From Nitrosomonadales bacterium (lineage in GTDB: Bacteria; Pseudomonadota; Gammaproteobacteria; Burkholderiales; Gallionellaceae): a DNA stretch of 64,000 nucleotides. Both the position numbers and the translations under genes were made by a program. Numbering within the stretch: position 1 is the first letter of the stretch; the number at the start of each line of letters is the position of its first letter. The DNA is taken from NCBI GenBank assembly GCA_016195965.1, contig JACPYR010000027.1:513-64512 (forward strand), written 5' to 3'. The notes below the pieces were generated by a model that saw only the letters and a list, made by a program, of their open reading frames with translations, was not told the origin of the DNA and searched no databases. Shown here piece after piece: positions 36,113 through 48,121 of the stretch.

Positions 36113-37177
36113 TTACTTGACGATCGCCTTCAGTTCGCCCTTAGCATAGCGGCTTGCCATCGAGTCTAACGCGATCGGCTTGATCTTGCCGGCTTGTCCT
36201 GCGGAACCGAAGGCTTCGTAACGTGCCTTGCAGATCGCCTTCATGGCCTTGGTGGTTTCAGCCATGAACTTGCGCGGATCGAAATCCTTTGGATTCTGCG
36301 CCAGGTAACGACGGGTCGCGCCGGTGGATGCCATGCGCAGGTCGGTGTCGATGTTGACCTTGCGCACGCCGTGCTTGATGCCTTCAACGATCTCGGAAAC
36401 GGGCACACCGTAAGTTTGCGGCATCGCACCGCCGAACTGGTTGATGATCTCCAGCCATTCCTGTGGCACGCTGGACGAACCGTGCATCACCAAGTGGGTA
36501 TTGGGGATGCGCGCATGAATTTCCTTGATGCGGCTGATCGCCAGCGTGTCACCCGTGGGCGGCTTGGTGAACTTGTATGCGCCGTGGCTGGTGCCGATTG
36601 CGATAGCCAGCGCATCTACCTGTGTCGCCTTGACGAATTCTGCGGCTTCGTTTGGATCGGTCAGCAGCTGGTCGTGGCTCAGCACGCCTTCCGCGCCGTG
36701 ACCGTCTTCCTTTTCGCCGTGGCCGGATTCCAGCGAACCCAAACAACCTAGCTCGCCTTCAACGGACACGCCCACAGCATGAGACATTTCCACGACATTG
36801 CGGGTAACGTTGACGTTGTATTCGAATGTAGAAGGTGTCTTGCCGTCGGTCATCAGCGAGCCGTCCATCATCACGCTGGAGAAACCGGATTTGATCGCAT
36901 TGATACATACGGCTGGCGATGCGCCGTGGTCCTGGTGCATTACCACCGGGATATGCGGATACATTTCTACCGCCGCTTCGATCAGATGACGCAGGAACGG
37001 CTCGCCCGCATATTTGCGCGCGCCGGCGGAACCTTGCATGATGACCGGGCTGTTGCACTCATCGGCCGCTTCCATGATGGCCTTGACTTGTTCGAGATTG
37101 TTCACGTTGAAGGCGGGCAAACCGTAGCCGTTTTCCGCTGCGTGATCGAGTAATTGACGCAAAGATACTAAAGCCAT
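36113..37177 (-). CDS. fba: Class II fructose-bisphosphate aldolase (Calvin-cycle subtype)
   Basis: [39 protein letters not shown]. Confidence 0.98.
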   Translation of the reverse strand: MALVSLRQLLDHAAENGYGLPAFNVNNLEQVKAIMEAADECNSPVIMQGSAGARKYAGEPFLRHLIEAAVEMYPHIPVVMHQDHGASPAVCINAIKSGFSSVMMDGSLMTDGKTPSTFEYNVNVTRNVVEMSHAVGVSVEGELGCLGSLESGHGEKEDGHGAEGVLSHDQLLTDPNEAAEFVKATQVDALAIAIGTSHGAYKFTKPPTGDTLAISRIKEIHARIPNTHLVMHGSSSVPQEWLEIINQFGGAMPQTYGVPVSEIVEGIKHGVRKVNIDTDLRMASTGATRRYLAQNPKDFDPRKFMAETTKAMKAICKARYEAFGSAGQAGKIKPIALDSMASRYAKGELKAIVK

Positions 37178-37239
37178 TTTATTCTCCTGATTAAAAATTC
37201 AAAACTGTGTGTTAATTTACTGCGAATGCTATTTCGCGA

Positions 37240-38679
37240 TCAGCTCTTGTGCCTATCGCCTACCCTGACGATTTTCATCGTATTGGTATGACCCGATCGG
37301 CCGATCGCTTCGCCGATAGTCATCACCATCAAGTCGCCTTTTACAACCAGCTTCAAACGCACCAGTTCTTCTTCTGCGTCGTGCAGGGTCTGGCTATGGT
37401 CTGTTGAATTGCTCCTGAAAGCAATCGGGTGTACGCCGCTGAACAAAGTTACCTTGCTCAATGTTTCACTCAATGGCGTCATCGCAAAAATCGGCACTCC
37501 CGCATTCATGCGCGACATCCATAGCGGCGTCGAACCGGATTGAGTCAATGCGACGATGGCCTTTACCTTGAGGTGCGAAGCGGCAAACAGCGCGGACATC
37601 GCGATGGACTGATCGATGCGGGTAAACTTGTGTTCGGTCGAATTCCTGTCGCCCGCGTGAACTTCAATTTCGCGTTCTGCCTTGAGGCAGATGCGCGCCA
37701 TGGCCTCTATGGTTTCCACCGGATAGTCGCCGACTGCGGTTTCCGCCGACAGCATTACCGCATCCGTGCCGTCGAGCACAGCATTGGCCACGTCCGACAC
37801 TTCAGCTCTGGTTGGAATAGGCGCCGTGATCATCGATTCCATCATTTGCGTCGCGGTAATGACCAGACGATTCTTCGCGCGTGCCATTTTGATCATGCGC
37901 TTCTGCAAGCCCGGTACAGCGGCGTCTCCGACCTCCACGCTCAAGTCGCCGCGTGCAACCATGATGGCATCCGATGCGTCGATGATGTCACCCAGTACAG
38001 GAATAGCTTCGGCGCGTTCAATCTTGGCCATCAGAAGACTCTTGCCACCGGCGGCATGCATCAACTCCCGAGCGAGTTTCATATCGTCCCCGGTACGGGG
38101 GAAGGAAACCGCCAGATAGTCTGCCTTGATCAGCGCGGCTGTCTTGATGTCTTCCTTGTCCTTTTCGGTCAGTGCAGGAGCCGTCAGGCCTCCGCCTTTG
38201 CGGTTGATCCCCTTGTTGTTGGACAATACCCCGCCGCGTACCACCTTGCAGATCACCTCGTTGCCTTTTACTGCGGTTACGTGGAACTCCAGCATACCGT
38301 CGTTTAACAGCAGCACGGTGCCTTCGCTGACATCGTTGGGAAGTTCCTTGTAATCCAGCCCGACGCGCTCCTGGTTACCCAGGCCTTCCAGAGCAGCATC
38401 GAGTATGAAAGTGTCGCCATTATTCAGGACGATCTTGTCATTCTCGAATTTTTTAACGCGAATTTTCGGCCCCTGCAAATCGGCCAAGATACCCACCGTG
38501 CGGCCGCATACCTTAGCTGCGGCACGCACGGTTTCGGCGCGTTTCATGTGATCCTGGGCGGAGCCGTGAGAAAAATTCATCCGCACCAGGTCAACCCCGG
38601 CGTTTATCATTTTCTCCAGCACTTTTTGGTCGTTGGATGCAGGACCCAGCGTTGCGACTATTTTTGTTCTACGCAGCAT
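37240..38679 (-). CDS. pyk: Pyruvate kinase
   Basis: RRTKIVATLGPAS, DLQGPKIR, AKIERAE, MVARGDL. Confidence 0.98.
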   Translation of the reverse strand: MLRRTKIVATLGPASNDQKVLEKMINAGVDLVRMNFSHGSAQDHMKRAETVRAAAKVCGRTVGILADLQGPKIRVKKFENDKIVLNNGDTFILDAALEGLGNQERVGLDYKELPNDVSEGTVLLLNDGMLEFHVTAVKGNEVICKVVRGGVLSNNKGINRKGGGLTAPALTEKDKEDIKTAALIKADYLAVSFPRTGDDMKLARELMHAAGGKSLLMAKIERAEAIPVLGDIIDASDAIMVARGDLSVEVGDAAVPGLQKRMIKMARAKNRLVITATQMMESMITAPIPTRAEVSDVANAVLDGTDAVMLSAETAVGDYPVETIEAMARICLKAEREIEVHAGDRNSTEHKFTRIDQSIAMSALFAASHLKVKAIVALTQSGSTPLWMSRMNAGVPIFAMTPLSETLSKVTLFSGVHPIAFRSNSTDHSQTLHDAEEELVRLKLVVKGDLMVMTIGEAIGRSGHTNTMKIVRVGDRHKS

Positions 38680-38715
38680 GTATTTATTATTTCCAGTCGT
38701 TACAAGGTATAACTT

Positions 38716-39915
38716 TTATTGTTGGCTCGCACGTTGTTCGAGAATTTCCACAGCAGGCAGTTTCTTGCCTTCGAGGAACTCCAGGAACGCTCCGCCAGCG
38801 GTGGAGATATAAGACACTTTGTCATAGATATCGTATTTCTGGATGGCGGCGATGGTGTCGCCACCGCCAGCCAGCGTGAAAGCCTTGGTGTTAGCGATGG
38901 CCATCGCGATGGTCTTGGTGCCAGCACCGAACTGGTCGAACTCGAATACGCCTACCGGGCCGTTCCAAACCACTGTGCCTGCCTTCATGATGATGTCGGC
39001 CAGCTCCTGAGCGGACTTGGGACCGATGTCGAAAATCATTTCGTCATCGGCTACATCTTTCGCATCTTTCAGGATGGCAGGGGTATTTTCGTTGCCAGCC
39101 ACGAACGGCGCTTCTTTGCCGACCACGACATCGCTGGCAATGGGAATACTTGCGCCGCGTGCCGACATTTTAGCCATCAAAGCTTGTGCGGTAGGAACCA
39201 GATCATTCTCGCACAGCGATTTGCCAACCGGATGCCCGGTTGCCTTCAGAAAGGTGTTGGCGATACCGCCGCCGACGACCATCTGATCAACCTTTTCTGA
39301 CAGGCTTTCCAGCACGGTCAGCTTGGTCGAGACCTTGCTTCCGCCGACGATAGCGACCATAGGACGCGCCGGGCTGAGCAGTGCCTTGGTTAAGGCTTCC
39401 AGCTCTTCGGTCAACAATATTCCCGCAGCGGCAACTGGGGCATACTTAGCCACACCGTGAGTCGAGGCTTCTGCGCGATGTGCGGTGCCGAACGCGTCCA
39501 TCACAAAGATGTCGCACAGTGCTGCATATTTTCTGGAGGTTTCTTCCAGGCTCTTTTTTTCGCCCTTGTTGAAACGGCAATTCTCCAGCAATACCAATTC
39601 CCCATCGGCTACGCTGAAACCGCCGTTTACCCAATCCTTGATCAGGCGCACCGGTTTGCCCAGCTTGTTGGCGATAACGTTGGCGACGGGCTTAAGGGAG
39701 TTTTCCTCGGAGTAAACGCCTTCCTCGGGGCGGCCCAGATGAGAGGTGACCATGACTTTGGCGCCGGATTTAAGCGCAAAATTAATGGTTGCCATTGATG
39801 CGGTGATACGGGCATCGGATGTTACTTTGCCGTCTTTGACTGGCACATTAAGATCTGCACGGATCAGGACACGTTTGCCCTTGAGATCCAGATCGGTCAT
39901 TTTGATTACAGACAT
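38716..39915 (-). CDS. pgk: Phosphoglycerate kinase
   Basis: [35 protein letters not shown]. Confidence 0.98.
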   Translation of the reverse strand: MSVIKMTDLDLKGKRVLIRADLNVPVKDGKVTSDARITASMATINFALKSGAKVMVTSHLGRPEEGVYSEENSLKPVANVIANKLGKPVRLIKDWVNGGFSVADGELVLLENCRFNKGEKKSLEETSRKYAALCDIFVMDAFGTAHRAEASTHGVAKYAPVAAAGILLTEELEALTKALLSPARPMVAIVGGSKVSTKLTVLESLSEKVDQMVVGGGIANTFLKATGHPVGKSLCENDLVPTAQALMAKMSARGASIPIASDVVVGKEAPFVAGNENTPAILKDAKDVADDEMIFDIGPKSAQELADIIMKAGTVVWNGPVGVFEFDQFGAGTKTIAMAIANTKAFTLAGGGDTIAAIQKYDIYDKVSYISTAGGAFLEFLEGKKLPAVEILEQRASQQ

Positions 39916-39944
39916 AACTTCTCTCCGAAAAAATAAAATGTCAT

Positions 39945-39986
39945 AAAGGCACGAGACGCAAGGAAATTCTTGCGTCTCGTGCCTTT
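39945..39986. terminator. Perfect 18-bp hairpin between gap and pgk (partial terminator or mRNA stabiliser)
   Basis: AAAGGCACGAGACGCAAG-GAAATT-CTTGCGTCTCGTGCCTTT. Confidence 0.65.
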
Positions 39987-39994
39987 GAGCGGCT

Positions 39995-41005
<1,011 letters not shown>

Positions 41006-41235
41006 TCACGATAGTTAATGTAAAAACTTTTAGAGCGCGTCCTCGTGCTGGCTTAACCGGCATGCGGCAATTTCAGGAAGCGCACCTCTTGAAATTTGCA
41101 GCCATGGAGTTGCGAACATTTACCCAATAACTTTTAAAAAGTCGCAACTACGCTGTGGTTTGGGCCGGGGCGATGCCCTTTAACATTAGCTGCGCTCATG
41201 TTTGCCTCTGCCGCAATGTAGTCGCGCCTTGATAC

Positions 41236-43254
41236 TTAAGCCAGTACCTTCTTTACTGTTGCAACTACGTTGTCCACAGTAAAGCCGAAATGTTTGAACA
41301 GCTCGGGTGCCGGGGCGGATTCGCCGAAGCAATCCATGCCGATCACCGCACCCTCAAGGCCGACATACTTGTACCACAGCCCTGTCACACCCGCTTCGAC
41401 GGCTACGCGCTTGATGCCCTTGGGCAGCACGCTGTCCTTGTATGCCTGATCCTGACGGTCGAACACGTTGGTCGACGGCATGGACACCACGCGCACGTTG
41501 GTTCCTGCGGTAGCCAGGGCAGCTTGAGCTTTCATGGCCAGATCCACTTCGGAACCGGTCGCGATAATCACGGCTTGTGGTTTGCCACCCGCTGCTTCGG
41601 AAAGGATATAGCCGCCCTTGCGAATATTGGCGATCTGCGCAGCGTCGCGTTTCTGGAATGCCAGGTTCTGGCGGCTGAAAATCAGCGAGGCTGGGCCATC
41701 CTTGCGCTCGACGGCACACACCCAGGACACGATGGATTCGGTAGTGTCGCACGGACGCCAGGTGTCCATGTTGGGGATGAAACGCAGAGTGGTGGTCTGC
41801 TCGACCGGCTGGTGAGTCGGGCCGTCTTCGCCCAAACCGATGGAGTCGTGCGTGAACACATAAATCACGCGCTGCTTCATCAGCGCCGACATGCGCAGCG
41901 CGTTGCGCGCATATTCCGAGAACATCAGGAAGGTGCCGCCGAATGGCAGCAGGCCGCCGTGCAGCGCCATGCCGTTCATAATATGTGCCATGCCGAATTC
42001 GCGCACGCCATAGCTGATGTAATTGCCGGGCTTGGTGCCGTGCACATGATGCGCGCCAGTCCAGTTGGTCAGATTGGAACCGGTAAGATCCGCAGAGCCA
42101 CCGAGAAACTCAGGCAGCGCGGGGACCAGCGCATTGATCGCGTTCTGCGAAGCCTTGCGGGTGGCGATGGTCTCACCCTTCTCGTTGATCGCTGCGATGG
42201 CCTTTGCGGCATGCTCCGTCCAGTTGGCGGGCAAATCACCCTTCATGCGGCGCTCGAATTCGGCAGCTTCTTTAGGGAAGGCATTCTTGTATTCGGCAAA
42301 TTTGTTGTTCCACAAGTTTTCCAGGCCGGTGCCTTTGGTGCGTGCATCCCATGCTTCGTATACGTGCTTGGGGATTTCGAACGGCGCATACTTCCAGCCG
42401 ATATGCGCGCGGGTTGCGGCGATTTCAGCATCACCCAATGCAGCGCCATGCACGTCATGGGTGCCTTCCTTGTTAGGGGAACCGGCGCCGATGATGGTCT
42501 TGCAGCAGATCAGCGTAGGCTTGTCGGTCACGGCCTTGGCGGCCCTGATGGCAGCGTCGATTGCAGCAGAGTCATGGCCTTGCACATCAGCGATCACGTG
42601 CCAGCCGTAAGCTTCGAAACGCTTGGGCGTGTTGTCGGTGAACCAGCCGCCGACATGGCCGTCGATGGAAATGTCATTGTCGTCCCAGAAGGCGATCAGC
42701 TTGCCCAGACCCCAGGTGCCTGCCAGCGCGCAAGCTTCGTGCGAAATGCCTTCCATCATGCAGCCGTCGCCCATAAACACATAGGTGTGGTGATCGACGA
42801 TGGTGTGGCCGGGCTTGTTGAATTCGTTGGCCAGCAACTTCTCGGCCATCGCCATACCTACGGCGTTGGTGATGCCCTGCCCCAGCGGGCCGGTGGTGGT
42901 TTCTACGCCGACTGTGTAGCCGTACTCGGGATGACCAGGGGTCTTGGAATGCATCTGGCGGAAGCGCTTCAACTCATCCATAGGCAAGTCGTAGCCGGTC
43001 AGGTGCAGCAAGGCATAGATCAACATCGAACCGTGGCCGTTGGATTGCACGAAACGGTCGCGGTCGGCCCATTTGGGATTGGACGGGTTGTGGCGCAGAT
43101 GATGGTTCCACAGCACCTCGGCGATTTCCGCCATGCCCATCGGCGCGCCGGGGTGGCCGGAGTTGGCCTTCTGCACGGCGTCCATCGCCAAAGCGCGGAT
43201 TGCGCCGGTTGTGTCATTGAATTTTGGTGGGGTGACGCTACGCGTTGCGGCCAT
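41236..43254 (-). CDS. tkt: Transketolase
   Basis: [49 protein letters not shown]. Confidence 0.98.
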   Translation of the reverse strand: MAATRSVTPPKFNDTTGAIRALAMDAVQKANSGHPGAPMGMAEIAEVLWNHHLRHNPSNPKWADRDRFVQSNGHGSMLIYALLHLTGYDLPMDELKRFRQMHSKTPGHPEYGYTVGVETTTGPLGQGITNAVGMAMAEKLLANEFNKPGHTIVDHHTYVFMGDGCMMEGISHEACALAGTWGLGKLIAFWDDNDISIDGHVGGWFTDNTPKRFEAYGWHVIADVQGHDSAAIDAAIRAAKAVTDKPTLICCKTIIGAGSPNKEGTHDVHGAALGDAEIAATRAHIGWKYAPFEIPKHVYEAWDARTKGTGLENLWNNKFAEYKNAFPKEAAEFERRMKGDLPANWTEHAAKAIAAINEKGETIATRKASQNAINALVPALPEFLGGSADLTGSNLTNWTGAHHVHGTKPGNYISYGVREFGMAHIMNGMALHGGLLPFGGTFLMFSEYARNALRMSALMKQRVIYVFTHDSIGLGEDGPTHQPVEQTTTLRFIPNMDTWRPCDTTESIVSWVCAVERKDGPASLIFSRQNLAFQKRDAAQIANIRKGGYILSEAAGGKPQAVIIATGSEVDLAMKAQAALATAGTNVRVVSMPSTNVFDRQDQAYKDSVLPKGIKRVAVEAGVTGLWYKYVGLEGAVIGMDCFGESAPAPELFKHFGFTVDNVVATVKKVLA

Positions 43255-43355
43255 TTCTAATTACCTCTTAATACATCCTCGCGGGATTGGTTTATTGTGG
43301 AGTACACCCTGCATATTGAACATGCCAGGGTGCCCTGAAATCATTTGGGTCTGTA

Positions 43356-43384
43356 ATTATGCCGTACACCCTCGATTAGGGCAA
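43356..43384 (-). promoter_or_regulatory. Putative sigma70 promoter of the tkt-gap-pgk-pyk-fba operon
   Basis: Minus strand TTGCCC, 17 nt, CATAAT. Confidence 0.55.
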
Positions 43385-43416
43385 CCGCCATGCAGCCATG
43401 GGGGAGAATGGATTTT

Positions 43417-44070
43417 CTACTGAGATTCGCCTAAGCCGCCCTTTTTGGCGAATTTAATGCCCAATTGTTTCAGTTTACGATAAAGATGGGTGCGTTCCAG
43501 CCCGACCTTGTCAGCTACCCGCGAGACATTTCCGGCTTCCATTTTTAGATGGTAGTCAAAATAGAGCGCGTCAAAATGTTCGCGTGCCTCGCGCAAAGGT
43601 AAATCCAGCGGTAAAGAAATTTGCAGTACCTGACCATCGATGCTCAGGGCGATATTTTGGCCCTGGGTTTCGGCACTAGGTGCTGATGGCTTGGGGGCAG
43701 TTTCCTTGATGGCTTTTGCGATGGTGGCGAGCAACTTTTGCAATGCAATGGGTTTTTCCAGAAAGTCCACCGCACCGATGCGTGTCGCCTCGACAGCGGT
43801 TTCTATCGTGCCGTGCCCAGACATCATCACCACCGGCATGGTCAGCAAATCCTGATCGACCCACTCCCTGAGCAAGGTAATACCATCGGTGTCCGGCATC
43901 CAGATGTCCAGCAATACCAAATCGGGTTCCTGATCGTTCCGGTAGGCGCGAGCCTGCTCGGCGTTTTCGGCCAGGTAAACCTGGAATCCTTCATCAAACA
44001 GGATTTCAGATAATAATTCGCGAATGCCGATTTCATCGTCCACCACCAAAATCTTTTTGCTTTCCATCAC
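43417..44070 (-). CDS. NtrX-like response regulator (REC plus Fis-type HTH, no AAA+ domain)
   Basis: ILVVDDE, LLDIWMPD, MSGHG, FLEKP; GLERTHLYRKLK. Confidence 0.9.
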   Translation of the reverse strand: MMESKKILVVDDEIGIRELLSEILFDEGFQVYLAENAEQARAYRNDQEPDLVLLDIWMPDTDGITLLREWVDQDLLTMPVVMMSGHGTIETAVEATRIGAVDFLEKPIALQKLLATIAKAIKETAPKPSAPSAETQGQNIALSIDGQVLQISLPLDLPLREAREHFDALYFDYHLKMEAGNVSRVADKVGLERTHLYRKLKQLGIKFAKKGGLGESQ

Positions 44071-46187
44071 GTCTCCTCAATCAAGGGCAGGCAGATGCTG
44101 ATGCGCGCCCCGCCGCTTGCGATATTTTCAATGGCTATATGCCCGCCATGTTCTTCCACGATCTTCTTTACAATGGCCAATCCCAGCCCGGTACCCTTGG
44201 CCTTGGTTGTCATGTATGGCTCAAAGGCGCGCGATAGCACGCTTTCCGCGAAGCCTGGGCCATTGTCTTCAACCCATAGCTGAATTTCCCCGTTTTGCGT
44301 TTCAGTATGCAATGTTATCCGGGGTTGTGCGATTCCTTGTAGGGCGTCTTGCGCATTTTGTAGCAGATTGTGGATGACTTGCCGCAAGCGGGTCGCATCT
44401 CCATTGACTACACTGTGCAACGCATCCAGCTTTAACACGATCAGAATGGTGCTGTTCTCATATAAGCCCAATACCTCTTTAATCAGATTATGTATATCCA
44501 AGTGCGACAACTTTAAGGCGGGACCGCGCGCATAATTGGCGAAATCGCTCACCATGTTTTTCATTGCGGCAACCTGGCTGACTATAGTTTGAGTGGCGCG
44601 CCGCAATAGTTGCGCATCGCCTTCATCAAGTTTACTGCCCAGTTTATGCTGCAGGCGTTCCGCAGATAGTTGTATCGGCGTGAGCGGGTTTCTGATTTCA
44701 TGTGCGAGACGTCGCGCAACTTCACCCCAGGCCGCCTGGCGTTCTGCTTGCAGCAGATGGCTGATATCGTCGAACACTACTACATAGCCCGCTTCGCCCC
44801 CCTGCGGCAACCGGGTTCCGCGCATCAGCAGAATTTGCGTGCCATTCCTGCTCAGGCGTTCGATTTGCCGTTGCCATTCTCCGCTATCTGTTTCATCAAA
44901 AGCGTCCATGATGGTCTGGCAGAACGATCTTAGCAGGGCGTGCCTCTCGGCAATTTGCGTCAGCGGCATGCGTTGCATGTCTTGCAAAGGGGCGGCCAGA
45001 ATATGTGCGGCACTGGTGTTCACCGAGCGCAAACGCAATTCATGGTCCAGCGCCAGCACTCCGGAAGACAAGTGGGTCAACACGCTTTCCAGGTGCACCT
45101 TGGCGCTTTCCACAACTCTCTGCTGCTGCTCGCTGGCCTGCTTCGCCTCGAATAACTGGCGCGTCATCTGGTTGAACAAGCCGGTCAGTGCGCCCAATTC
45201 ATCGCTGCTGCGGATGGGATATTGTTCGGTAAAGTCGCCCTGCGCAACAGCGCGTGTCCCTTCCGCGAGCGCTTCCAGCGACGAGCCAAATTTTTCACTG
45301 AGGAAAAAGGCGGCTGATACCGCAGTCAGCAACACGATCAATAGCGAGAGTGTCAAAGTGATCGCATATAGTCTTTTCAGGCCGAGGCGGGAAAGTGTCA
45401 GTTCCTGATAATCGCGGTACACGGCTTGCACGGTTTCGGCATCCGCCTCAATTTGCTTGGGAACAGGCTGGGCAAATTGCAAAATATATTGTTTATCTGC
45501 CGGGGCTTTTGAATTGACCATCGCCAGCGCAAGCAGCGACAACTCCCTGTTGGGCAGGGTATCGATCACGGCATACGCGCCCTTGTCCCGCGTCAAACGA
45601 AATAAATCGTTGTCGGGCTTATCGGGTGATCGCCCCTTGCCGGTCAAGGAAGAGGCGATCAAATTTCCATCGATCGCGAACACGCTGGCTTCCTGAGCTA
45701 CGTCTTTGTCCACCAGCTGGCCCAGAGCACGCTGATATTGTGCGGGAGATTTTTCCGCCAGCAACGCGGCGGTAAACTGGGCTTTTTTGGACAGCTCTTT
45801 CAAGCTGTTTTCGAGACCGCTCCTGCCCAGGTTGAGCCCACCCTCCAAGGCTTTCTCGACACGGACGTCAAACCATGACTCAATGCTTTTATCCAGAAAT
45901 TGAACGGATACCGCATAGATCAAAACACCTGGCAAGACTGCAGTAAGCGTGAAAAATATCACCAGGCGCAATGTCAGCTTGGCGCCGAATACCTTGTTTT
46001 TCAGCTTGCTGCGCAGCCGCCATAGTTGATAGCCGACCAGTCCCATCAGTGCCGAAGCAAGCAGGCCGGTTAATCCCAGCAAACCGTAATAGTTGCTGGA
46101 AAAGCCGCTGGTGTTTGCACTGCTGCTGGATAGCAAATACAGCAGCGCGCCGCTGACGATTACACTCATGAAGATCAGGTAGGTCAC
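44067..46187 (-). CDS. NtrY-like sensor histidine kinase (HAMP, PAS, HisKA, HATPase)
   Basis: AWGEVARRLAHEIRNPLTPIQLSAERL, NLLQNA, DNGPG, GTGLGL. Confidence 0.93.
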   Translation of the reverse strand: MTYLIFMSVIVSGALLYLLSSSSANTSGFSSNYYGLLGLTGLLASALMGLVGYQLWRLRSKLKNKVFGAKLTLRLVIFFTLTAVLPGVLIYAVSVQFLDKSIESWFDVRVEKALEGGLNLGRSGLENSLKELSKKAQFTAALLAEKSPAQYQRALGQLVDKDVAQEASVFAIDGNLIASSLTGKGRSPDKPDNDLFRLTRDKGAYAVIDTLPNRELSLLALAMVNSKAPADKQYILQFAQPVPKQIEADAETVQAVYRDYQELTLSRLGLKRLYAITLTLSLLIVLLTAVSAAFFLSEKFGSSLEALAEGTRAVAQGDFTEQYPIRSSDELGALTGLFNQMTRQLFEAKQASEQQQRVVESAKVHLESVLTHLSSGVLALDHELRLRSVNTSAAHILAAPLQDMQRMPLTQIAERHALLRSFCQTIMDAFDETDSGEWQRQIERLSRNGTQILLMRGTRLPQGGEAGYVVVFDDISHLLQAERQAAWGEVARRLAHEIRNPLTPIQLSAERLQHKLGSKLDEGDAQLLRRATQTIVSQVAAMKNMVSDFANYARGPALKLSHLDIHNLIKEVLGLYENSTILIVLKLDALHSVVNGDATRLRQVIHNLLQNAQDALQGIAQPRITLHTETQNGEIQLWVEDNGPGFAESVLSRAFEPYMTTKAKGTGLGLAIVKKIVEEHGGHIAIENIASGGARISICLPLIEET

Positions 46188-46194
46188 CGCGCCG

Positions 46195-46887
46195 CTACTC
46201 CGTTTTCTGACCGCTGTGCATGCTGGCCTCTGTTGGGCCGATTACCCAGCGATACCAATCAGAGTCGAGCGACCAATCGCTGTCGGTTAGCGCGTTTACC
46301 TGAAGCGGCTTGGGTAGTTGCGCAATGTCCAGACGTAACCTTGCCGCCGCCATATAGTCGCCGTCCTTTTTCAGCAGCTCGGCGGGAATCACTGCGGAAC
46401 TTTGTCTGGACAGCATGCTTAATGCTTCCTCGAGGCTGGCGAAATTTTGGAACAGCGCGCCCCGCGAAATGCGATATCGCCCGGTCAGGACGCTATAGGA
46501 AAGCTTGAGAGTTTGCTCGCCCTTGTACACTTCTTCATCCAGCCAGGATAGCCGTGCCCGTGGAGAATCGCCCACAAAATAGCGCGGCAGGGTGCGCAAC
46601 AGGCTTTGTTGCGCCGTCTCAAACCATCCCCAGCGGGCATGTGTCAAAGAAAATTCGCTAACAAAATAGATAGGGGTACCGCGCGACAACGCCTGCTTCA
46701 CGGCGAAGCTCAGGCCGATGTCGTAGTTGGCGGCAAGCTGGTAGCCTTCTTCGCCCAAGCGAAATTCCACCATCTTGACGGAGATTTCTTCGGCTTGGGC
46801 AGATGCGGCAAACAACCATGCCAGCAGCATGCAGTGCAGCAGCGCCTTAAGCAATTTTTTGCAATAAGGCATAAAAAAATCCGTCAT
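46195..46887 (-). CDS. DUF4390 family periplasmic protein
   Basis: AL.RG.PIYF, RLDIAQLPKPLQVNAL..DW; conserved rsmB-DUF4390-ntrY order. Confidence 0.88.
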   Translation of the reverse strand: MTDFFMPYCKKLLKALLHCMLLAWLFAASAQAEEISVKMVEFRLGEEGYQLAANYDIGLSFAVKQALSRGTPIYFVSEFSLTHARWGWFETAQQSLLRTLPRYFVGDSPRARLSWLDEEVYKGEQTLKLSYSVLTGRYRISRGALFQNFASLEEALSMLSRQSSAVIPAELLKKDGDYMAAARLRLDIAQLPKPLQVNALTDSDWSLDSDWYRWVIGPTEASMHSGQKTE

Positions 46888-48121
46888 GCTGGTCGTTGGG
46901 TAACAACTGTCCCGTTATGCCGTCAGGCAAGGTAACCGCTTGCCTCCTTGCATCCGGTTGCTGCGCCAGAAATGCCGCGACAACCCGTTCGTTCTCTTGC
47001 TGAAAGATCGAGCAGGTAGCGTAGAGCAATTTACCATCCCGGGCCAGCAGCCGCCACAACGCCTGTAAGATATTGAGCTGTTGTTTGGCGAAGTCATCAA
47101 TGTCGGCGGGCCGTCGCAGCCATTTAATGTCGGGGTGGCGGCGCACCACACCGGAAGCCGAGCAGGGCACATCGGCCAGTATGCGCTGGAAGGGTTTGCC
47201 ATCCCACCACTCAATGGGTTCGGCAGCGTTGCCGCCAACCAGCTGTGCCGTCAACCCCAGCCGCTGCAGATTTTCTGCGACCCGCTGCAGCCGTTTTTCG
47301 TCCTTGTCCACCGCCACCATTTCCACCGCCGCCAGCTCCAGAATGTGCGCGGTTTTGCCGCCCGGTGCGGCGCAGGCATCCAGCACCCTTATTCCATCGT
47401 GTACATCCAGCAATAGTGCGGCGTATTGCGCCCCAGCATCCTGCACAGATACTAGCCCATCAAAAAATCCCGGAAGCTTGTCCACAGAAACGGGCCTTTC
47501 CAGTTGCAATGCGTCAGGCTCAATAAACCGGGCGGATATTTCATGCCGGGCCAGCAGCGAAAAATAGTCCGCTGTCGAAACGCGCCGCTTATTGATGCGT
47601 AACGTCATGGGCGGGCGCTGATTGCCCGCTTCGAGTATCTGCTCGCTACGCTCACCATATTGCGTCTGGAGTTCGGTTATCCACCACGGCGGATGACTGT
47701 AGCGTCCCGTTTCATGCTGCGCTGCCCGTGCCAGCAAATCAGCCTGGCTGCGCAGGAAATTGCGCAGAATCGCATTGACCAATCCGCTAATTTTCGGATT
47801 CAGCATCTGCGCGGAGCGCACCGCATGATCGACCACGGCGTGCCGGGCGGCCTTGCTGTATTGCAGTTGGTAGAGGGCCACCAGCAGTACGTAGTAGATA
47901 CGCCGATCGGATAGCGGTTTGTGCAACAATGCGCTCAGCAGCGCATCCAGTTGCCCGTAGAAGCGCAACGTACCATAACTTAAATCCTGCAGGGCTGCGC
48001 GCTGTGCAGGTGTCCAGACAGCTTTCCTGCTCAATGATTCATCCAGCACCTGGTTCAGGTTGCGCCCATCCACCAGCACTTGCTGAATGATTTGGCCGGC
48101 GGCAAGTTGTATGTTGTGCAT
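46847..48121 (-). CDS. rsmB: 16S rRNA m5C967 methyltransferase
   Basis: NusB-like N-terminus, SVQDAGAQ, LDACAAPGGKT, DVPCSASG, YATCS. Confidence 0.97.
   Translation of the reverse strand: MHNIQLAAGQIIQQVLVDGRNLNQVLDESLSRKAVWTPAQRAALQDLSYGTLRFYGQLDALLSALLHKPLSDRRIYYVLLVALYQLQYSKAARHAVVDHAVRSAQMLNPKISGLVNAILRNFLRSQADLLARAAQHETGRYSHPPWWITELQTQYGERSEQILEAGNQRPPMTLRINKRRVSTADYFSLLARHEISARFIEPDALQLERPVSVDKLPGFFDGLVSVQDAGAQYAALLLDVHDGIRVLDACAAPGGKTAHILELAAVEMVAVDKDEKRLQRVAENLQRLGLTAQLVGGNAAEPIEWWDGKPFQRILADVPCSASGVVRRHPDIKWLRRPADIDDFAKQQLNILQALWRLLARDGKLLYATCSIFQQENERVVAAFLAQQPDARRQAVTLPDGITGQLLPNDQHDGFFYALLQKIA

Noticed and set aside
43305-43332. Hairpin CACCCTGCAT...ATGCCAGGGTG in the tkt leader as a riboswitch
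   Set aside because: A single stem with no recognisable aptamer motifs; at most a 5' stabilising hairpin.
43417-44070. Truncated NtrC-like regulator as a pseudogene
   Set aside because: REC plus Fis-HTH without AAA+ is the normal betaproteobacterial NtrX-like form in the rsmB-DUF4390-ntrY context.
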